Made by a program: the position numbers and the translations under genes
Shown here: positions 56,344 through 64,000 of the stretch, piece by piece
Position numbering within the stretch: the stretch's first letter is position 1
Layout: every line of letters begins with the position of its first letter
The notes under the pieces: model-generated
Databases searched by the model: none
What the model saw: only the letters and a program-made list of their open reading frames with translations
What the model was told of the DNA's origin: nothing
Source of the DNA: Mesorhizobium sp.
Lineage (GTDB): Bacteria > Pseudomonadota > Alphaproteobacteria > Rhizobiales > Rhizobiaceae
Assembly (NCBI RefSeq): GCF_965229135.1
Contig: NZ_OZ245860.1
Span: 1,231,849 to 1,295,848, forward strand
Length of the DNA: 64,000 nucleotides
Direction: 5' to 3'

Positions 56344-57246
56344 TCACGGCGCTTTCGACAGCATCCAGTTGAGCGTACCGCGCCAATCGGTCATGCGGAT
56401 CGGCGTGCCGTGGGTACCCGTCTCGAAACGGACGAAACGGGTCGGATAGGTCTTGGACTTCTTCAGGATGGAGCGGAAAAAAGCCTCCTGGTTCGCCACC
56501 GGAAAAACCACGTCATGGCTGCCCTGGCCGAAGAAGACCGGCACACGGCGCCTGAAGGCCGGGCTGGAGAAGAAAGTCTCATCCCATAGCGAGCCAAGCA
56601 GCAGCAGCCCATTGATGCGCCCGCCCGTGTCCTTGCGGGCCGCAAGTTTCCAGCAAAGTGCGCCGCCCATCGAGCCGCAAGCGACGAAGATCTTGGCGCC
56701 CGGCGATTGTCCGGCATAGTGGTCGATCAGCGCCGCCACCTGTGCGGCGCCGGCGTCGCCGAAATCGGGGAAATCAGGGGACAGATAGAGACCGTCATTC
56801 TCGGCCATCAGATTCTTGAGGCGATTGAAGTTGCCGCCGAAGGTGAAGTCGTCAACGCCCTGTTTGCGGCTGCCGCCCTGCCCGTGCAGGTACAGGACGA
56901 TGATGCCGGCGCCCTCTGTCTTGCCGACGGCGACGTGTTTGACATCGCCTACATCCGTCTTCAGGGACAGGTCCTGCTGCACCTTGCGCACGCCAGTGTC
57001 GGTATATTGCGCATGCACGCGCCGCTCGGGAACCTCGTCGCGAGCGTTGATGTCGCGCATTTCCCGATAGTCGAAGACCGTGTATGCGCCGTTGTCACCC
57101 GACGAGAGCGTGGCCGGATAGGCGAAGAGATCATCCTTGAAGGGTTTGAGCGTCAGCGTCTGACTTTGGGCGGCGGACGACAGCAACGCTGTCGCGGCGG
57201 CAAGGACGCAGAAAGATCGGAGGCGAAAGAACATGCTTGCAGGCAT
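56344..57246 (-). CDS. secreted alpha/beta hydrolase
   Basis: Signal peptide. VLYLHGQGGS and nucleophile elbow ACGSMGG. Confidence 0.75.
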   Translation of the reverse strand: MPASMFFRLRSFCVLAAATALLSSAAQSQTLTLKPFKDDLFAYPATLSSGDNGAYTVFDYREMRDINARDEVPERRVHAQYTDTGVRKVQQDLSLKTDVGDVKHVAVGKTEGAGIIVLYLHGQGGSRKQGVDDFTFGGNFNRLKNLMAENDGLYLSPDFPDFGDAGAAQVAALIDHYAGQSPGAKIFVACGSMGGALCWKLAARKDTGGRINGLLLLGSLWDETFFSSPAFRRRVPVFFGQGSHDVVFPVANQEAFFRSILKKSKTYPTRFVRFETGTHGTPIRMTDWRGTLNWMLSKAP

Positions 57247-57267
57247 GCGTAATTCGACTTGGGTTTG

Positions 57268-58878
57268 TCAATCCTGCAGCACGCCGCCGGCGTCTTCCAG
57301 CGCCTGGCGGGTGTCGACATCGACAGCCGCGCCCTCGCCGATCTCGACATCGATGACCTCGAGCCCTCCGGCCTCGACAAGATGGCGCGCACCGGTATCG
57401 CCCTCGAGATGAGCCATCGCGGAAAACAGCGAGCGGGGCAGCAGAACCGGGTTGCCGCGGCGACCGTCGTGAGCCGCGCGAACAACCGAAACTCCCCCGG
57501 CCTTGCGGAATGCATCGATCAGCCTGTCGAGATCGGCCGAAGAAACGCCCGGCATGTCACCGAGGACGATCATGGCACCAGCGACATCGCCACCTACATG
57601 GGCAAGGCCCGCCTTCAGCGATGTCGACAGGCCCTCTGCGAAGTCCGGATTGTCGGCGAAGGTGAGATCGAGCCCAGACAGCGCGGCGCGCACGCGCTCG
57701 CGTTGATGACCTGTAACGACAACCGTGCCTGACGCCTTCGAGCCAAGCGCTCGCTCGGCGGTACGGCGAACCAGCGGCTTGCCGTCGAACAGCGCCATCA
57801 GCTTGTTCGGCCCGCCCATGCGACTGGAACGACCGGCGGCCAGAAGCACGATGTCAACATTGAGTGGGGCCTTGGTCGGCAGCGGTTCGCGCGGCTGTGG
57901 CCGGGTCGGGATCTCCATCAACAGCCCGCCGACCCCCATGCCGGCAATATCCTTGGCCGTAACGTCGAGACCCGCAATCAGCCGGTCCAGCACCCAGTCG
58001 AAGCCGTTTTCCTTGGGGCTGCGGGCACATCCGGGCGCGCCGATGACGCGCTTGCCGGCAAGCGTTCCCAGCACCAGAAGATTGCCGGGATCAACGGGCA
58101 TGCCGGCGCGAACGATAGTGCCGCCGGCCTTCTCGATCGCTGCCGGAACGACATCGTGGAAATCGCTCATCGCGGATGCGCCGAAGATGACGACCATGTC
58201 GTTGTCGGCAGCCAGCGAAGCCACGGCTTGAGCAACCGGCTCGATCTCGTGCGGCGTCCGTCGCTCCGTCGTCAGCCGACCGCCCGAACGCGCCAGCCGG
58301 GCTTCGGTGACGCGCAGCGTCTTGTCGAGCACGCTGGACTTGATGCCGGGCAGAACCGTCTGGATGACGCCGACCCGAACCGGCTGATAGGCGTTGACGG
58401 CGAAAATCTCCCCGCTGCCGCAGATCGTTGTCACGGCATCGACCAGCGAAGACGCGACAGCAAAGGGAATGATCTTCACGGTCGCGACCATCTGGCCGTT
58501 TTCGACCGGGGCATGTTGGGCCAGGGTGGCGATGGTGATGGTCGCATCGACGGCGTTGATGGCATCGATCATCGTGGCGTCGACGGTGAAGATTCCAGAC
58601 GCCTTGGCGTAAAGATTGACTCGGCCAGTCGCCGCGGCGTTCGCCTCGACGTTGCGATGGACCATGCTTTCGGCAATTTTCTGCGCGGCGGCGTCCTCGC
58701 CCAAATCATCGGCGTCGAGCACAGCCGCGACGATCCGCGAAACACCGGAAGCCTTCAGCAGGGCGACATCGGACGCGCTCAGCCTGTGCGCCTTGCGATA
58801 GCGCCGTTCACCCGCGCTGGTGGCATGAGCCAGCACGGCTCCCTCGGCCGCCTCTATGGGGATCTGACCAAATTTCAC
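57268..58878 (-). CDS. molybdopterin-binding domain / MocA-MobA-like nucleotidyltransferase fusion protein
   Basis: The central MoCF-biosynthesis-like domain is followed by the NTP-transferase motif VLLAAGRSSRMGGPNKL. Confidence 0.75.
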   Translation of the reverse strand: MKFGQIPIEAAEGAVLAHATSAGERRYRKAHRLSASDVALLKASGVSRIVAAVLDADDLGEDAAAQKIAESMVHRNVEANAAATGRVNLYAKASGIFTVDATMIDAINAVDATITIATLAQHAPVENGQMVATVKIIPFAVASSLVDAVTTICGSGEIFAVNAYQPVRVGVIQTVLPGIKSSVLDKTLRVTEARLARSGGRLTTERRTPHEIEPVAQAVASLAADNDMVVIFGASAMSDFHDVVPAAIEKAGGTIVRAGMPVDPGNLLVLGTLAGKRVIGAPGCARSPKENGFDWVLDRLIAGLDVTAKDIAGMGVGGLLMEIPTRPQPREPLPTKAPLNVDIVLLAAGRSSRMGGPNKLMALFDGKPLVRRTAERALGSKASGTVVVTGHQRERVRAALSGLDLTFADNPDFAEGLSTSLKAGLAHVGGDVAGAMIVLGDMPGVSSADLDRLIDAFRKAGGVSVVRAAHDGRRGNPVLLPRSLFSAMAHLEGDTGARHLVEAGGLEVIDVEIGEGAAVDVDTRQALEDAGGVLQD

Positions 58879-59579
58879 GCCGCCACGCCTTTGGCCTGGA
58901 GACCGCGCGCACGAAAGGCGTGCACAACCTGCGCCAGCACCGCGACGGCGATCTCGGCCGGGCTGGCGGCACCGATGTCGAGGCCGATCGGCGCGTGGAT
59001 GCGAGCGATCTGCTCTGCAGTGGCGCCCAACCCAAGCAGGCGTTCCACGCGCTTTGCATGGGTTTTACGGCTGCCGAGCGCCCCGACGTAGAAACAATTG
59101 GCGTCGAGCGCCGCCTTCAGCGCGAAATCGTCGATCTTGGGATCATGGGTGACGGCGGCCAGCGCCGTGTAGCTGTCGAGCGGCTCGCGCTTCAGCACAT
59201 CCTCGGGCCATTCGGCATGCAGTGCCACGCCGGGAAAGCGGTCGGGCGTGGCGAAGGCGGTGCGCGGATCGATGATCTCGACAGGATAGCCGGCGATCTT
59301 CGCCATCGGTGCCAAAGCCTGGCTGATATGGACGGCGCCGATCACCATCAGGCGCGGCTGCGGCAGATGCGCGTTGAGGAAAAAGGTGCGTCCCTCGGCT
59401 TCGACCGAACCCGAATTGCCGGTGCGAAACGCCTTGGATATCGCGGCCCCCAGATCGCCGGCGACATGGTCGCCTTCGCGCACGATACGATCGCGGCCAT
59501 CGCCGAGATCGGTGACCAGAACCGCCGCGCGACGGGCGCGGCGTTCGACATTCAGTGTCTTGAGCGCGTACGGATCCAT
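58875..59579 (-). CDS. XdhC/CoxI family protein (C-terminal Rossmann-like half)
   Basis: PRLMVIGAVHISQALAPMAKIAGYPVEIIDPR...DPKIDDFALKAAL...YVGALGSRKTHAKR. Confidence 0.8.
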   Translation of the reverse strand: MDPYALKTLNVERRARRAAVLVTDLGDGRDRIVREGDHVAGDLGAAISKAFRTGNSGSVEAEGRTFFLNAHLPQPRLMVIGAVHISQALAPMAKIAGYPVEIIDPRTAFATPDRFPGVALHAEWPEDVLKREPLDSYTALAAVTHDPKIDDFALKAALDANCFYVGALGSRKTHAKRVERLLGLGATAEQIARIHAPIGLDIGAASPAEIAVAVLAQVVHAFRARGLQAKGVAA

Positions 59580-59596
59580 TGGAAATTCTCTTTTTT

Positions 59597-59645
59597 GAGC
59601 ATGATCTTATCCAAAAACCGGTTCCCACTTTTTGGGATCATGCTC
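59597..59645. repeat. 49-nt compound palindromic element filling the gap between the two XdhC-half genes
   Basis: GAGCATGATC-ttat-CCAAAAA-ccggttcccac-TTTTTGG-GATCATGCTC. That gives 10 + 7 bp of perfect pairing. Confidence 0.7.
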
Positions 59646-59986
59646 TAACCCAGCCTTTCAACATACACCTTGATACGCCCGCCGCAGGACAGGCCGACCT
59701 GCCAGGCGGTCTCATCGGCGACGCCGAATTCCAGCATTTTCGCCTTGCCGCTGTCGATGACGTCGATGGCCTCGGCGACCACCGCGCCTTCCACGCAACC
59801 GCCCGATACGGAACCATGGAACTTGCCGTCCGCATCGATGACAAGATGACTGCCGACAGGACGCGGCGCCGAGCCCCAGGTCTCCACCACCGTGGCAATG
59901 GCAACGTCCTTGCCGTCCTTCATCCAGCCCTCGGCGATGATCAGCGGGTCACGAGCCTCATCAAGATAGATGCTGTTTTCCATCAC
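59645..59986 (-). CDS. XdhC/CoxI family protein (N-terminal domain, 113 aa)
   Basis: VAIATVVETWGSAPRPVGSHLVIDADGKFHGSVSGGCVEGAVV. Confidence 0.8.
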   Translation of the reverse strand: MMENSIYLDEARDPLIIAEGWMKDGKDVAIATVVETWGSAPRPVGSHLVIDADGKFHGSVSGGCVEGAVVAEAIDVIDSGKAKMLEFGVADETAWQVGLSCGGRIKVYVERLG

Positions 59987-60028
59987 CGTTTCTCCTGAAG
60001 TCTGTTTTTGGCCTGGGCAAACATATGG

Positions 60029-61273
60029 CTATGCGGCGCGCCTCGCGCCAGCGTCCATCCATCGGCGCGGATCGACCGACCGCGCCGACTTCTTGTCCAG
60101 CGACGCGCACAGATCGGCCAGCGCATCGAGATTGTGCACCGAGCGGAACTCGTCGACATGCGGCAGCATCGCCTTGACGCCACGCGCCCTGGCTTCGAAG
60201 CCATCGAAGCGCAGCAGCGGGTTCAGCCAGATCAGCCGCCGGCAGGATTTGTGCAGGCGCTCCATCTCCTCCGACAGGCCGGCGACATCGTCGCGTTCGA
60301 GCCCATCGGTGATCAGCAGCACCACCGCGCCCTGCCCCAGCACGCGCCGAGACCATAGCCGGTTGAACTCAGCCAGCGTATCACCGATACGCGTGCCGCC
60401 CGACCAGTCCTTGACCGCCGCCGAACAGTCGGCAAGCGCGGCATCGGGATCGCGATGGCGCATCTGGCGCGTCAGGTTGGTGAGTCTGGTACCAAAGACG
60501 AAGGCATGCACGCGCCGTCGTTTTTCGGTTAGCGCGTGGAGGAAATGCAGGAAAATGCGCGTGTACTGGCTCATCGAACCCGAAATATCGGCAAGCACGA
60601 CCAGCGGCGGATGAACCTCGCGCGGCGACCGGAATTTCGGCAGGATCAATTCCCCGCCGGTACGCGCGGCCGATCGCATCATGGCGCGCGGATCGATGCG
60701 GCGGCCATGCGCATCGGCCTTGAAACGCCGTGTCGTGACCAGATCGAATGGCAATCGCAACTGGCTGATCGCCTTCTTGGCGTCGGCCATCTCCGTCGCG
60801 TTCATCTGGGCGAAGTCCTTGCCTCTGAGCACCTCATTGCCGGAGAAGGTGAAACGGGCATCGACCTCGATTTCAGGAATCTCCTGAACCGGCTGGCTCT
60901 TCTGATGGCCTTCGAACATCGCCTGGCTGACACGGCTTTCGGCCGCGCGCGGCTTCTGCTTCTCCCTGTTGTCGGGAGCCACCGGCGAAAACATCGCCAG
61001 CATCTTTTCGATCAGCTCGCGTGATTTCCAGAACAACCGGAAGGCTTCGTCGAACGTGGCGTGATCCTCGTGCCGGGAAACCAGAACGGCGTGCAGCGTC
61101 CAGTAGAAATCGTCGCGGGACCCAATACCGGCGGCCAGGACCGCTTCGATCGCGTCCTTGACCGAGGCCGGCCCCACCCGCATGCCCGATTTGCGCAGCG
61201 CGCGGGCAAAGTAGACGATGTTGTCGGCGATCCGCCCGTCCGCTGTCGCCTCCCTGGGCTCGGGGCGCGCCAT
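60029..61273 (-). CDS. VWA domain protein (CoxE-like)
   Basis: The ATG at 61273 gives MARPEPREATADGRIADNIVYFARALR.... The C-terminal MIDAS context is LVVLADISGSMSQY. The upstream part of track ORF 60029..61948 is a shadow frame over the MoxR gene. Confidence 0.85.
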   Translation of the reverse strand: MARPEPREATADGRIADNIVYFARALRKSGMRVGPASVKDAIEAVLAAGIGSRDDFYWTLHAVLVSRHEDHATFDEAFRLFWKSRELIEKMLAMFSPVAPDNREKQKPRAAESRVSQAMFEGHQKSQPVQEIPEIEVDARFTFSGNEVLRGKDFAQMNATEMADAKKAISQLRLPFDLVTTRRFKADAHGRRIDPRAMMRSAARTGGELILPKFRSPREVHPPLVVLADISGSMSQYTRIFLHFLHALTEKRRRVHAFVFGTRLTNLTRQMRHRDPDAALADCSAAVKDWSGGTRIGDTLAEFNRLWSRRVLGQGAVVLLITDGLERDDVAGLSEEMERLHKSCRRLIWLNPLLRFDGFEARARGVKAMLPHVDEFRSVHNLDALADLCASLDKKSARSVDPRRWMDAGARRAA

Positions 61274-61278
61274 GGGCG

Positions 61279-62207
61279 TTACTCCGCCGCCGAAAGCTCG
61301 GCCTTCACCTCGTTGAGGATCCGCCGGCCTTCGCCCTGTTCGATGCGGGCAATGTCGTCCTGGTATTTCAGCAGCACGCCTATCGTGTCGGACACGGTTT
61401 CGGGATCGAGCGCCACCTTGTCGAGCTCGGTCAGCGCGCCGGCCCAGTCGATGGTCTCGGCAACGCCCGGCATCTTGAACAGCTCGATCTGGCGCAGTTT
61501 CTGGACAAACGAAACCACTTCGGCGGAAAGGCGACGATTGGCTTCCGGCACCTTCCGGTGAACGATCTCCAGCTCTCGCTCGGCATTCGGATAGTCGACC
61601 CAGTGATAGAGGCAACGCCGCTTCAATGCGTCGTGAATTTCCCGGGTGCGGTTGGTGGTGATGATGACGATCGGCGGCTCTTCCGCCTTGATCGTGCCGA
61701 GTTCGGGCACCGTCACCTGGAAATCGGACAGGATTTCGAGCAGGAAAGCCTCGAACGCCTCGTCGGTGCGATCGAGCTCGTCGATCAGGAAGACCGGAGC
61801 GGCACCCGCCTTGCCGGTCAACGCATCCAGCACCGGGCGGCGGATGAGATATTTTTCGGAGAAGACGTTGCGCTCCATATCGGAGCGGTCGACCTTGCCG
61901 GCAGCCTCCTCCATGCGGATCTCGATCATCTGCGCGGCATAATTCCATTCGTAAACGGCGGAGGAGACGTCGAGGCCTTCATAGCACTGCAGGCGGATCA
62001 GCCGGCGGCCGAGCGATTGCGCCAGAACCTTTGCGATCTCGGTCTTGCCGACACCGGCTTCCCCTTCCAGGAACAGGGGCGCTTCATGCGCAGCGACAGG
62101 AACAGCACCGTTGCCAGCGATCGGTCCGCGACATAGTCCGCGCCGGTCAGAAGATCGAGCGTCTCGTCGATCGTCCGCGGCACGGCGCGCGGTGTCAGCT
62201 CGGTCAT
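61279..62207 (-). pseudogene. MoxR/CoxD-type AAA+ ATPase with a -1 frameshift in a C4 tract (about 62076-62079)
   Basis: Frame 1 from the ATG at 62207 reads MTELTPRAVPRTIDETLDLLTGADYVADRSLATVLFLSLRMKRP. After the C-run the protein continues in another frame: LFLEGEAGVGKTEIAKVLAQSLGRRLIRLQCYEGLDVSSAVYEWNYAAQMIEIRMEE... (Walker A), then FLIDELDR (Walker B), to the stop at 61279. Confidence 0.8.
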
Positions 62208-62234
62208 TCTCTCTCCGTCGGTGCGGCCTGCCCG

Positions 62235-62729
62235 TTACAGAACGTGGTAGGCGCGGTCGTGATAGATCAGCGGCCGCAAATTATCGCCGATGCGCAGACC
62301 TGTCACCTTGCCAAAAAGCACACGATGCGTGGCCAGATCCTTGGTGTCGATCAATTCGCAATCGAACACGGCGAGCGCACCCTTGAGCGTCGGCGCACCA
62401 GTCGAGATCACATCCCACTCGCCAAGCGCGAAACGCTCCTCGACCGGCAGGCCAGTGACGCCGGAAAAGCCGATCGCGAGCGGCTCCTGGTGCGAGGCCA
62501 GCGTGTTCAGCGCGAATTTGCCATTTTTCACGAAAGCCTCATTCTTGGCATTCTCGCGATTGAGGCAGGCCAGGATGGTTGGCGGCGTGTCCGACACCGA
62601 GCAGGCGGCAATCACCGTCGCGCCACGCCGGCCGGCCGTGCCGTCGGTGCTGACCACATGGACGTGACCGGCAAAATGGCTCATCGCGTCGCGATAGGCC
62701 TGCGGCCCAATGTCGTTCTTCTTCAGCAC
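62235..62729 (-). CDS. flavin reductase family protein
   Basis: AYRDAMSHFAGHVHVVSTDG..GRRGATVIAACSVSDTPPTILACLNR. The GTG at 62729 gives a typical length of about 165 aa; the track start at 63059 is too long. Confidence 0.75.
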   Translation of the reverse strand: MLKKNDIGPQAYRDAMSHFAGHVHVVSTDGTAGRRGATVIAACSVSDTPPTILACLNRENAKNEAFVKNGKFALNTLASHQEPLAIGFSGVTGLPVEERFALGEWDVISTGAPTLKGALAVFDCELIDTKDLATHRVLFGKVTGLRIGDNLRPLIYHDRAYHVL

Positions 62730-62911
62730 GGGCGATTTTCCACAGTGAGAACCCAACCCGGTATATATTGCGACATATGGCACGCCACAAGCGAAGTGCT
62801 TGGCACATATCCGGAAATTCGCGTGTTGCACCAAGGCCGGACAGCCTTTAGGTCTTTGCGCCAAGGGGACCGGGACACGCGTGACCGGTACAAAGGAATG
62901 TTTCGACCAGA

Positions 62912-63985
62912 ATGCGACCGGGGACAACGACAATAGCGCTGCTGCTCTGGCTGTCTGTGGCCGGCGGCGCGAGTGCCCAGGCGCTGCTGGTCGGCATCGC
63001 CGCGCCGCTGTCGGGACCATCGGCGATCCTCGGCAAGCAGATCGCGACGGGCGCCTCACTGGCGGCCCAGGCGAATGACGTCGATATCAAGACGGTCGAT
63101 GACGCCTGCTCGGCCGATGGCGGTGCCGCCGCCGCCCGGGAACTCGCGGCGGCCAAGGTCAACATGGTCGTGGGCTTCCTCTGCACCGACGCCATCGAGG
63201 CGGCGCTTCCGATCCTGAAGGACGCCAACATACCGGTCATTACGGTGGGCGTGCGCACCGAGAGCCTGACTGACCGGCGTGCCAAGACAGGCTGGCCGAT
63301 CTATCGTCTCGGGCCGCGCGGCGACGACGAACGCAACGCGGTCGCCACGACCCTCACCCGTCTGTGGCAGAACGAACTGTTCGCCATCATAGACGACGGC
63401 ACCATCTATGGTCGCGAGATGGCCGAAACATTCCGGGCAGCCGCGGAGCAGGCCGCGCTGAAACCGGTATTCACCGACACGTTCCGGCCGCAGCTCGACA
63501 ATCAGATCGGCCTCATCGGCAGGCTGAAAAAGGCCGGCGCAACGCATGTCTTTGCTGGCGGCGACGGTGACGACATCGCGATCATGGGCCGCGATGCAGC
63601 GCAGCTCAATGCGGGTATCGTGTTTGCCGGCGGCGAAAATTTGCGCACACCGCCTGGTGACGTCCCGTATGCGGTAGGTACTCTGATGATCGCGCCGCCA
63701 GAGTGGGCCGATATTGCCGACCCCAAGGTGATGCAGGCATTCGCCGGCCAGAAGATCGTGCCGGACGGCTACACGCTGCCGGCCTATGCGGCGGTTGAGA
63801 TCGCCAAGGCCGCGTCGGGTTTGTCGGAAATCTCCGCAAAGCCTCTGGCCGATGCGCTCACCGGGCATGACTTCACTACGGCGATCGGGCCAGTCCGCTT
63901 CGACGGGAAAGGCGACGTCAGCCAGAGCCTCTACCGCGTCTTCCGCTTCGACGGCACGCGTTTTGTGCATGCGGAAAACAACTGA
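62912..63985 (+). CDS. branched-chain amino acid-type ABC substrate-binding protein (Peripla_BP_6)
   Basis: Signal peptide, then LLVGIAAPLSGPSAILGKQIATGASLAA.... Confidence 0.85.
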   Translation: MRPGTTTIALLLWLSVAGGASAQALLVGIAAPLSGPSAILGKQIATGASLAAQANDVDIKTVDDACSADGGAAAARELAAAKVNMVVGFLCTDAIEAALPILKDANIPVITVGVRTESLTDRRAKTGWPIYRLGPRGDDERNAVATTLTRLWQNELFAIIDDGTIYGREMAETFRAAAEQAALKPVFTDTFRPQLDNQIGLIGRLKKAGATHVFAGGDGDDIAIMGRDAAQLNAGIVFAGGENLRTPPGDVPYAVGTLMIAPPEWADIADPKVMQAFAGQKIVPDGYTLPAYAAVEIAKAASGLSEISAKPLADALTGHDFTTAIGPVRFDGKGDVSQSLYRVFRFDGTRFVHAENN

Positions 63986-64000
63986 TGTTCAGAACCGGCC

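Overview
High-GC alphaproteobacterial chromosomal segment. It looks Rhizobiales/Mesorhizobium-like, judged from the gene content and the 'ccccgtttacgggg' intergenic repeats; that taxon call is inference. I support about 65 protein-coding genes. I found no rRNA, tRNA, CRISPR array, transposase, integrase or prophage gene.

Layout:
- 1-16.5 kb: stress and signalling island. It holds a decarboxylase/antiporter operon, a PRC-barrel protein, a CYTH-CHAD protein plus MscS, a single-domain response regulator, a 1462-aa CheB-CheR-PAS-HK-REC-REC-LuxR fusion, and small stress-type proteins.
- 16.7-20.8 kb: secreted envelope enzymes (DUF1311, GH25 lysozyme, DUF1402-like, BTLCP peptidase).
- 21-28.9 kb: redox/detoxification genes with a LysR regulator.
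- 29-37.2 kb: peptide-type ABC importer, CocE/NonD hydrolase and a TetR regulator.
- 37.3-41.5 kb: miscellaneous small genes.
- 41.5-51 kb: LysR-controlled catabolic operon (amino-acid ABC importer, DMFase-like protein, class III aminotransferase, BKACE, GNAT, HDAC-like deacetylase).
- 51-57.2 kb: miscellaneous genes.
- 57.3-62.2 kb: Cox/Xdh-type molybdoenzyme maturation genes.
- 62.2-64 kb: flavin reductase and a Liv-type binding protein.

Main hunt result: an asymmetric 18-nt motif (consensus TGAGTAGTTTCCGACSCT) occurs eight times, only between 4.6 and 15.8 kb.
- All eight copies are intergenic and co-oriented with the next downstream gene.
- Seven of eight lie 21-23 nt upstream of a TAnnnT -10-like hexamer.
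- This looks like a private promoter/activator code for the island.
- The giant sensor-regulator fusion in the middle of the island has a perfect EcfG-type (general stress sigma) promoter instead.

Other notable items:
- An operon whose enzyme set matches the acetylate / transaminate / beta-keto-cleave / deacetylate logic of aerobic beta-lysine catabolism.
- A MoxR ATPase frameshifted in a C-tract.
- An ester cyclase with an in-frame amber codon.
- An alcohol dehydrogenase remnant that still carries a motif promoter.
- REP-like repeats placed inside and after an ABC operon.
- A perfect CtrA box.
- An orphan intrinsic terminator that suggests a small RNA.
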